DNA of 64,000 bases, from positions 112,036,001 through 112,100,000 of the forward strand of contig NC_045696.1 in NCBI RefSeq assembly GCF_009834535.1, read 5' to 3'. Below, in pieces: positions 54,301-64,000 of this stretch. Every line of letters starts with the position of its first letter. Positions within the stretch are counted from its first letter, which is position 1. Position numbers and translations under genes: made by a program. The DNA is from Camelus ferus (lineage: Eukaryota). The notes beneath the pieces are model-generated. The model ran no database searches. It saw nothing but the letters and a program-made list of their open reading frames with translations, and was not told where the DNA came from.

Positions 54301-56712
54301 ATACGATCAAAGGTAGAGCGTGCCTCTGGCATGGCAGGAGACTCTCTGCGTTTCCAGCCTACATCTGGCAAAGGGACGTTCAGGCAAGTCTTCCAAACAG
54401 GCAGCGAGAGAGAGCGGTATTAAGGAGAAGGTGCGATCATAAAAATGCAGGTGAAACCCCTGACAGTCTTAATCCAAAAAGACAAGCGAGGACATAAAAG
54501 TGATCACAACGAATGCTAACAAACGTAGTAAAATTAATGGGACTGGCAATTTAGTTTCTCTGAGACGTGCTTGTAGCTACCTTCTCCCGCTTCCGACTCC
54601 CAGGCGTTAAGCGTGAATTTTTGTAATAAAATGGCAATGGCGGTATTTTAGCGCCGAGGCACCACTCCTATAATGTCTGGATAATTAAAATGCAAAGCAA
54701 CAGAGAAATGTTTCATCATTAAACTGTAACCAGCGCACTATGTGAAATCATCCATCCCAAAGACTTGTTTTTCATCAATTATTTGTTATTTATCTGATGT
54801 AAATATAAGAAGGACTAATTAAAATGTATGCCTTTTTATACAGCCTCTTGTCATTAAAGCCAATGAAAGCATTCTGAGGACCATAATGAAATAATTATGT
54901 TTGCCTTTAAGAATTCTCTTCAATAACACATGGCAGTGCTGAGCTAAATTAAAACATCAGGAACTAAATTTCACTTGCCTCCATTTCCATTTTAGTTAAT
55001 TATACCCCCAAGCTTTCCAATAGGCCAGACCCTAAAAAAGTCTTTTGAAGCTGAAACAGCCTTCAGATCATCAGCCTTTTTATAATCATGGACTTTGATG
55101 AAAAGACAAAGGTACTGTAGCCCCGAAAGCTTTAATATTTTTGCGAAGAGGGATTTATTACAGAGGTCTTCATTTGCTCTGGAAATTAGAGAAAAATTAG
55201 GATAACTGTGACCCAAATCTTCATTTTCCAGTTAATGGATGCACTCCTCTGGCCTTACCTGCAGCATTTCTATTACAGTGCTCTGAACTCAGCTATTTTT
55301 TTTTTCTGATTTGATGAAATAACTTGTGGTGAACAGTAATTGATCAACAAGAACAACAACAAAATCAAACATTTCACTATATCTGATCAAATTAGGACAT
55401 GCACTCCTAATTCAATACTAAAACTTGAAGAAAAAAGCAATCTTTAAGAAAAGTAGACTGAAAACCCATGAAGGTGGGGAAAAAAAAAAGGACCCTTTCA
55501 GTAGAATTTCTCCTTCTCCAAACCTCAAATCACTTGTGAAGGCCAAAAAAAAAAAGAGTCTGAATTTAGGAGAAAAGGAAGAAGAAAAGAAGAGAGAAAA
55601 GCCAGGAGGTGGTTTCAGGACTGGTGCGTCTTTAAGCTGCCGTCAGATGAGGTGGGCGGGGGTGGGAACCCGGTGTTTAGAAAAGTAAACAGGAGTCCCA
55701 GGGATTAGCTCTGACAATGTGAATTCCCGCCCATTTGGTTCTATAGGGAGAGCTGGCAGGGTTCACGGGTGATGTTTGGTGACGGCTGGATAGACTGTCT
55801 TATGAGACATCAGAGGGAAACTGTTGACAGCTTGGAAACGCGTACCCAGTACATGACAACCTAAAACTGCCATTATAACCTCAGACTCTGCTTTTATTAA
55901 AATCGCTCCCTTCCCCTCAAATTAGTCTTTGTTCTGTTTAGAGAAATCTCCTTTAGGGAAGGAGGGACATTGTCACCCATGATCACCCTTGTTAAAATTA
56001 GCTTCCTCCAGCCCCGTCCCCCCCCTCAAGCCCTCCCCAGTTTACTTCAACAGCTCTGGGGGAGCCTGGAGGCTCCTGGAATGCATGGGCCCTGACAGAG
56101 GAAACGCTGGGCCAGGCCGGGTCGCCTTCTGACGTCAGTTCCTGTTATCCTGTCTTATCATGTTGGGGACCAAGAGTCTTATCTTACTGAACGCCCCCCC
56201 CACCCCCTCCCCACCCTGCAAAGCCAGAGAGGAAGCAAGTCAGCGCTTCCACTGCCCGTTTCAGTTCCCATCCAAGACGCTCTGAAGGCTCGAGATAAAT
56301 AATAGAACACCTGCAGACCCCCCTCTGCTGCTTCCTAGGTGGGGAGAACTTTCGCTTTGTTTTTTTATTCATTTCAGGGAGTTTGGGGGCTGGGTTGGGA
56401 CCGAAATCAGGCTTTTTAATGATGAAGTTAGGAAGGCAGGAAGGAAAGAGGAACGTTCAGGGCAGCATGGTGACTGATGAGGTTGTGTCATTAGATCTTA
56501 CAGATGGGCAGGTTATCTCATCTCCTGTTTAACAAGAGGTGCTTAGGCCAAGCCACTTACAGACAGGATTCTGATAAATCTGAAACCTGAGTTAACTCTG
56601 CTCCCCTCTCTCCATCACCTCCAGCTCCAACTTTTTAAGAAGAAGCTGGCCAAGAACTGATACAGATTTGTTCACGGTGATTCAATGTTTAATTCTACCC
56701 CCTCCCCACTCT

Positions 56713-56720
56713 ACACACAC

Positions 56721-56752
<32 letters not shown>

Positions 56753-56755
56753 GCG
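56713..56755. repeat. (CA)n microsatellite
   Basis: Directly visible, with one cg interruption. Confidence 0.95.
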
Positions 56756-59031
56756 TGATCAGAATCTCCGTCATAATACTTAAATCCATTTTGCCAGCGA
56801 TGCCTTCTATTTACAGATCTACATTTAGCCACGAGAGGAATGCATGTGCGGAAGAATGACCCAGAATCTGCACAAGGCGATCTCCAGTTATAATGGAAAA
56901 ATTAGGCTGTGGAGTGCTGCGCTTATACTGACCATAGAATCCAAACAAAGACTTTCTGTGCCTCTCCTGAGTCCAAGGGGCAGCCTCGGAGATGTCGTCA
57001 TGTTGAAATATCTGGCATATTTCAAAGACTTACGTGGGAACTGTGGCAGTACATTGAAAGTGGGTTATTCTAGAAAATCTGAGATGTTTGACTGCCATAA
57101 CTACCCTGTAATGTGGAAGGCAAGATTCTACATTCATATCTTTTGGAAAGGTTTTTAGCCAAGATTTTTCTAATTAATCTTCATCAAAAAAAAAAAAATT
57201 CCCATTTCTGAAATAATCTATTTAACTGATAGTTAACTGAATTTATATTAGAACATTTAAAGTATAAAAATGTCATTTAAGGATAAATTTATTGGCACTT
57301 ACATGTATAATGCAAAGTCTATAGAAAATTCTTTTTAAGATGTACCAAAATGAGCACTGCCTTTATTGTTTAATAAGTCCTATTCGACTCGAAGAGTTCT
57401 ACATTTTGCATCTTGGTTTTACATCTTCATTTTCATCCCAAAGAGTAACTTTTTAATTAAAAAATTCCCAGCCTTAATTTTTTTATATTTTAACGATGAT
57501 AATTTCCTTGAGAGCAGAATTTATCATCTTTATCATTTATTGTGTATTTCCCTTCAGAGATTATTTCTTGATGCTTGTGGAATATCTAAAGGAGAAAACA
57601 GCAAGGTTTTCTTCCCTTTTCAGCCATCTCAGGGGCTTAGCATGCTGAAGGGAAATTACAAGCACCTGATATCCAGAAGTTTCTTTTATGCTTTAAAGAA
57701 AAGTTCACAACAGTACTGACTGCTTATATAAGGTCAGAGCCAGGCTTCCAGAAATGAGAAGAAAACTTCTGGTTCAGGTCAGCTATCCTATTAGAAATTG
57801 CCATTCTGGTCATTTATCTACTAAGGAAAAAAAAGGCCTGTGCTGATGCAAGGCTTTGCATTTTGAGCTGGGAAGTCAAATGGTAACCAAAGCTTGCGCA
57901 TTCATTCCACAGCCTATGTTTAAGGGACAGATCTTCCCAGGCCATTCCACAGCCTAAGGCTGAGACAGAAGTCTCCTAGTGTTTTGATCTACTTTTTGGA
58001 ATTAACCCTTTTCTGGTGATAAAATTTTAACGTGTGCATTTTTTTCTTCTAAGTTGCACAGCAAGGCTTTCCTAGCCAAAGCACCAGGTTACCTGGAGAC
58101 GGACAACATTTTAGTATTTCTTTTTTCTTACAGGGAAGGAAAAAACTTTATGAATCTTCCACTTGTTTTCAAACGGCCCTATCCTGCACTCTCTGAGGTT
58201 TTAAGCATAATTCCCTTTTCTTCCCTTCTTTTAGATGGTGTTGCCACCTTCATGTGGCCGAGAGAAGCAGAAAATTATGTTCTACTTTAGAAAAACAATT
58301 GAGCCTTTTCACCGAAATATTTATTCAAAACCCCATTCAATTCATATGGTGGCTGTCAGCCTTTATTTAGTCTCTCTTTCAGAGGGTATCTTTGATTTTG
58401 CCACTTTGACCCCAATTTATATCTCACTAGGAAAGGATTTAGATACTGTTTAATACTTAAAATTCAGGTCCCAGCACTATGGGAAGGGGATTTTTTTTTT
58501 CCTTCTTTAATCATACCTACATACTGTTTGTTTTTTAAACAGATCATTTCTCCTCATTAAAAAAGAAAATCTTTTTTTCCCTTTTTTCTTTTGAAGTGTT
58601 GAGTAGGGAAAAGATAGGGAAAAGGGCCAAGAAGTTGTCACACTCATGATTTCACTGAAAGCAACTACTATATTTAGACCACAAACATTAGGATTTACCC
58701 TATGCCCACTGAGCAATTAATGCTGAAAACATCTGGAGCAGCCTAAACCCAAGACAATCCAGGGGGCATCTGAAGAGAAACTTAGTGGCTCCGACACCTC
58801 CAGGGGCAGTCTTAAATCGTATTATTTATACCACATTCCCTTGGTAACCCGCTACTCCTGACTTCGAATTTTTAGAACAAGCAATTCACAAGCCCTACTT
58901 CAACCGGCAGCTGACTGGCATGTCATTTTTCTGTCTTTAAAATTTAAAAGGAAAAATAAAAAGAATATTCTCACACCTTTCAGAGAATGCGTCTGGAATG
59001 TTTTAAGTTCAAAGGCTTTACTCTAATTACT

Positions 59032-59052
59032 ACACACACACACACACACACA
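59032..59052. repeat. (CA)n microsatellite
   Basis: Directly visible. Confidence 0.9.
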
Positions 59053-61328
59053 AGCAGCATTAAAAAACAGTGGGATCTCAAAGAAGAAAATAGTTTTGGT
59101 TAGAATTTAGTACTGTTTTTTTCCCCTTCTTGCCCACTGTTTCCTCTGTGTTAAGAGCACAAACAGATCTGCTTCTTGTCAAAACAGTCATTAAGTAAAA
59201 TGGAAGAGGCTGTGGTTTTAATGTTCGTACTTATACAAACGCAGCCCTAATATGCTTTTACTTCAAAAGCCCTGGCTGGCTGTGCCACTCGGAGCCAAAC
59301 ACCGAGTGGCAGAGCTTTATTAGAACTTTTATTTATGCTTAAAAACTTAATCGCTTGAACAACTAAACTGACCAGTCATAAAGCGGTTTGTGGAGGATAA
59401 AGCCACCCGGCAGGGGCAGAAGCGATATTTACATTCTATTCATTTAACCTGGAGTCGGGCTGTGGGATTCAAACCCTTGTGAAATTGACCACAGTGAGCC
59501 CTAATTGCCCTGCTGACAAAAATAAGACACTGAAATTTCTGAAATCCCTTTGTCAGAGGCCTTTATTTACTTTTTCTAATGCAAGTTTCTTTGATTAGCT
59601 GGACTTCGCTGTTATCAACACTTCTTGCTTATCGGCTGGCCCTAGGCGAATGACACATTCACCACTCGCTCTCCACAGATAAGACAAATCCCTTGTTTAA
59701 CTTGTTCAAGAACAAACAAAGCTTTTCTCCCCACTCCTACGACTTAATAGGCATGTTTGGAGGGTTAATTACAAAAGGAAGAATGTCTACTTGTAAAATC
59801 TCTATTAGGTCTATCAGCTCCACGCCAGGGTCCTGAACATTTTTTTTTCTTCATTAAAAAACGTTTCATTAAAACTTTCTCTCATAAGAAAAACTTTTAG
59901 AGAGCTCTAGTTCCCTGAGATTCCAAGTGAAATTGTTCTTGCTGTTTTTAACTGCTACAGAGAGGACAGGTCTGAAAGATTTGTTAGAGGGTTGGAAAAT
60001 TATTTTGGAACCGTTTCTTTGAGTTCTCCAAAAAGAAAATGAGCAGCAGAAAAGAAAAGGCATTTGGGGAGCAGCTGAAAATGAAGATGCCTTCTGAAAA
60101 ATGATATTCTTTTTTTTTTTCCTCCCCTGGTTATGGCTCTACGAAATATTAAGTCAGACAGCCAAGCTGTGGGCATCAAATGGTTATTGATTTTTCAGCT
60201 ACAAACCTGTTGATTTCCTACCCCTAGAAGCAAGTCTTTATTCTTAAGTAAAAGTTTCAGAGAGGACGATTTAAATCTTGTCATTGTTCCCTCTCCTTTT
60301 TTTTTTTCTCTCTTTCTCTTTAGATAAGCCACCATGTTATTAGGAAAACTCAATTTCTTCCAGTTAAACTTTGACCTCTTTGAAAACAAAGATTTAAAAT
60401 GTCATTTTCAGGCTAATGCTCCAATGAATTGTCAAATAAAGTCCTAAAAACATTTTGATAGATAGCTGAGCCATTTATCTAAATCACTGTCAGGGCGGCG
60501 ATGAATCCTGCAGGCGCCCACTACAGCCACCCGAAGGTGGGATTTTCTGGGACTTCTGGTCATTTCTCAAGCCCACAGCCAGGCTACTGTTGACCAGTGC
60601 ACGCCTCGGCACCGTGTCAGCATCAGATAACCAAACAGTCAATATTTTTTTAAAAAACTGGGCTACCCCACTTATATTTCCTCTCCTTTAACCGATGTCC
60701 AGGTTCCCGGCTGAATTACAAGATATGGAAATAATGGATGGCTCAGCCCAAGGGGTGTTCTTTGCCAGTAGTTTTCTAGCAAAACAGCAACTTCTTAGAG
60801 CAACAAAGTGACTCGGAAAGGTGGCAGCAGGGTCAATGCTAAGAAATATTGCCTTTCCTCAGCAAGGAAAACATTGGAGGCAGCAGCTTTAACTGGTGGT
60901 TTATGAACTTCGGGAGCAGCGGCCACCTTAATTAGGCTCAATTCCTCGCGAGGAAGATGTCGTATTTTAATTACTTTGGACTGTTGAAACACACAAGGGG
61001 GGATCCATACAACTAGTAGCTAATCCAAAGAACAGCAAAGTTAAATCCCCTTCTGCATACATCTTAGTAAAAACTGTACAAATGTTTCACATTGCCTCAC
61101 TTGAAGAATGTTTCAAAGTCCTGTGGTCACCCTCTACTTTCCACACCCCGCCACATGCATATTTTTTTTAAACTGTTTTCCAGGGTCCGTAGGATTGGTA
61201 AGGAGAGGAACAGGGGTCGGGGGCGGGGGGGGGGGTTGTCTGGGAAGAAAACCTCTAACAGGAAATTTTCAGCAGAGGGAATCAATATGCACACCAGCAT
61301 ATCACACCCTTTCAGCCTTAAATCACTA

Positions 61329-61628
<300 letters not shown>

Positions 61629-61679
61629 TTATCCTCTAGGTGTGGAGGCAAATGGCATAGAAAAGTCCACCCAACTCCA

Positions 61680-61739
61680 TCAAACTCTGCCCCCTTTTTG
61701 GCACGTAGGCTGTTGGTCTTTTTCCCAGCCTCGAATCAT
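61680..61739 (-). other. Upstream ORF, MIRGWEKDQQPTCQKGGRV (orthologue of the regulatory RARb2 uORF4 peptide)
   Basis: ATG at 61739 to TGA at 61680. Matches the recalled peptide MIRGWEKDQQPTCQKRGRV with one R-to-G change. Confidence 0.8.
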
Positions 61740-61793
61740 GAATTATGACAGACAAGCCAGCTAAAAGCCTGTAATTGATCCAAATGATCATTT

Positions 61794-61805
61794 ACCATTT
61801 TCCAG
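61794..61805 (-). other. RARB: RARb4 CUG initiation codon and alternative 5' splice site
   Basis: CTG GAA AAT G|gtaaat. Joining to the 33327 acceptor gives CTG GAA AAT GCG ATT GAA = (M)ENAIE in frame and skips 357 nt, as known for RARb4. Confidence 0.85.
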
Positions 61806-62084
61806 GCTTGCTCGGCCAATCCAGCCGGGGCGGGGGTTCCCGGAAAGATCCCAAGTTCTCCTTCCAAGCAGATGCCCGCAAAAAGCCTTCGGAATGCGGG
61901 GCGGATCCTACCCCGACGGTGCCCAGACGAACCCTGCCCGGCTCGCGCGCGTCCTCGGCATCCCCGTCCTCAGGCGGCTCGCGCGGGGACTCTGGTCCCC
62001 CCTTTGGCAAAGAATAGACCCTCCTGCCTCTGAACAGCTCACTTCCTACTACTTCTGTCACACAGAATGAAAGATTGAATTGCC

Positions 62085-62091
62085 TAATATA
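62085..62091 (-). promoter_or_regulatory. TATA box of RARB P2
   Basis: TATATTA, 6 bp downstream of the beta-RARE. Confidence 0.9.
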
Positions 62092-62097
62092 TGCGAG

Positions 62098-62114
62098 TGA
62101 ACTTTCGGTGAACC
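62098..62114 (-). promoter_or_regulatory. beta-RARE (canonical DR5)
   Basis: GGTTCA-ccgaa-AGTTCA, the textbook RARb2 element. Confidence 0.98.
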
Positions 62115-62127
62115 CTTCCCGGGCTGC

Positions 62128-62144
62128 TAACCTTCAAATGACCC
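62128..62144 (-). promoter_or_regulatory. Second promoter DR5 RARE
   Basis: GGGTCA-tttga-AGGTTA. Confidence 0.85.
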
Positions 62145-62160
62145 AGCGAGTCTGACATCA
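62139..62160 (-). promoter_or_regulatory. CRE-like site (TGATGTCA, 62153-62160) overlapping a DR8-like element
   Basis: TGATGTCA plus ATGTCA-gactcgct-GGGTCA. CRE and COUP-TF DR8 elements are known at this position in the RARb2 promoter. Confidence 0.7.
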
Positions 62161-62814
62161 CCAGCTCCCAGGATTCTCACAGAGCCGAGCACTCCCAGCA
62201 GCCCCGCCGCGCGGGCGGCCAGCGGCCCGGGCGCGCGCTCCTCCCGCCCCGCGTCTCCCCTCCGCGCGGCGCGGAGCCGGGAGCGGCCGCGAGCAGCCGC
62301 GGGAGCCCGGACGCCGCTCGGGGCCCGCCCGCCGGCTCCCTCCCTTTCCGCCTCGGTCCGCGGGGCTCCGCGCGGCCGCGCGCCCCACGCGCCCGCTTGC
62401 CGCCCCCCGCGCCCCGGGCACGGCCCGTACATTCCTCTGTGCGCCTGTCTGTCTGTTCAGTTCCCCGTAACGGATGTGTTTTTCCACTCCTGAAAAAGCG
62501 CGTGCAAACCCCAAACTGTAGCGCGAAGAAGGGCCGCCCCTCCGGGAAGCCCGGGGTCGAGAAACTTTCCATTTGATAGCCTGTTTCTCTCTCTCCCTCT
62601 TGCAGGCCAAAGGCATTGCATTTGCTCCTGAGGGAAAATCCAGCTTTCTGGACTCATTTGCTTCTTAAAAATTTCTCCCAAGTCTACATGCAGCATATGA
62701 AGTGGGTCAAGAATTTGCTGAGAATTAGTCCTGCTCCCAGCCACACATGTAGTCACACACATGCAATCGCACATACAGACAGGATTTCAGGTCCTGATCT
62801 GAGAAAACATAACG

Positions 62815-63035
62815 TAGTGATCAAGTGCGTGGCCATGGGAGCCAGACCCAACTAGATTCCAACCCCAGTTCAACCACTTAGCAGCTGTACGATCTGGGAC
62901 AAGGAGCTAACCTCTCCGAACCTCAGTTTCCTCATCTGTAAAATGGAAATATACTACCAGCCACCTCCGTGGGTTGGCAGGACAAAAAGAAACTGTTTGT
63001 ACAGCACTCAGTACACACCCTAGAACAATTAGCTG
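62815..63035 (+). mobile_element. MIR SINE
   Basis: cctcagtttcctcatctgtaaaatgg core. Confidence 0.85.
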
Positions 63036-64000
63036 TGACTCATCTTATTTTCCCAGAAGCCCATGGAGGCTGAGACCTGCCCGGGGTCACACCGCTGAGA
63101 ACCATGCCCAGAATCCAACTCCTGGAATCCCAGACCATGGTGAAAATCACTTTGCCTTTCCAGAATAGCACCGGTGACCTCTCTCATCACACACACACGC
63201 TTGCACGCACACCACCACCACATAATTAAACACAGATTTTTGAGAACTGGTTAAGTGTGAAGGTTTTTATATTTCCAAGGGCCACTTTTCACCAATACTA
63301 GCCCCTGCCCAAACTTGGCTATTCATTAGAAGAGAGTAATTTTAAGAGAAAGGGATTATTTTTTGGTACCTCCCACAGTGAGCTGACCTAGAGGAAGAAG
63401 CCTTTACGGCCATCACTAGATGGACAGATGCAGTATTTACAGCTAACCCCAGGCAGAATGCCTCAAAAGGGAGAGCCAATCCACCCTGCAGCCATGTTGC
63501 ACAACTTGCTTAAAGGAGGCAATGTACATCAAAGAAAGGGAACTCTGGGGAGGAATTAAGACACCTTGTGTCCTCCACTGCATCTCCAGTGTTGACTATT
63601 CTCCCACAGAGCAGGGAGGGTAAGTGGGCGGGCATGAGGGAAAGAGCGCCACTCCAGTCTCCTTTCTGTGGCTAGTGCTGGAATGTGCCTTGGCATTCAA
63701 GTCTTTTTAAAAGCCCATCAAGGGCACCCCGCCCCGTGCAGTGCAGCTGCTTTGCTGGGCTAGCAAGAGTTGCTAAGTGGCACTCGCGGTATAACATGAA
63801 AAGTATGCATTGCACACACTTACGGTACATTCAAACAATTTTCAGCCCAGCAAGCTCAGTTCTTGCATTTGAAAAGTCCAAGGCAATAATGGGGTAAGAT
63901 TTTGCTGAAAATATGTGTTTGTTATTTTTCTCTGTGCCTCTTTCTCTTGCATATGGCTTATCATTTTGTAACAGAGCTTTATTATAAGAAAGCCTTTGAC

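Larger units (their letters stand above)
61810..62560. promoter_or_regulatory. CpG island spanning P2 promoter and 5'UTR
   Basis: Dense CpG. 62221-62400 has about 24 A/T in 180 bp (~87% GC) with several GC boxes. Confidence 0.9.

Noticed and set aside
60511..60530. CTCF-like motif gcgcccactacagcc
   Set aside because: Mismatches at core positions; cannot be supported without ChIP data.
62127..62616. Several Arg/Gly/Ala-rich ORFs
   Set aside because: Explained by the lack of stop codons in the GC-rich island.

Overview
Mammalian genomic DNA, most likely a camelid given two Vic-1-like tRNA-derived SINEs. The window covers part of the retinoic acid receptor beta gene (RARB) on the minus strand. 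It contains the RA-inducible P2 promoter (beta-RARE DR5, second DR5, CRE-like site, TATA, ~87% GC island), the RARb2 first exon (uORF-rich 5'UTR, CUG start and alternative donor of RARb4, 157 nt CDS), a ~28 kb intron, the 149 nt exon encoding region B and zinc finger 1, and 33 kb of the next intron. I did not find the next coding exon in the window. The rest is intronic, with L1, L2, MIR, SINE, LTR and DNA-transposon relics and several candidate enhancers. I found no new protein-coding system. The most notable observations are: intronic RARE-like elements (a perfect DR2, an AP-1+DR5 copy of a promoter RARE, an 11-bp-periodic half-site array); an apparent AT-to-GC remodelling of the promoter and exon 2; a possible uORF-bypassing 5'UTR intron; two chimeric L1s; and a 14-bp GNRA-loop hairpin. 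Repeat family names and all human comparisons come from recall, not database searches.
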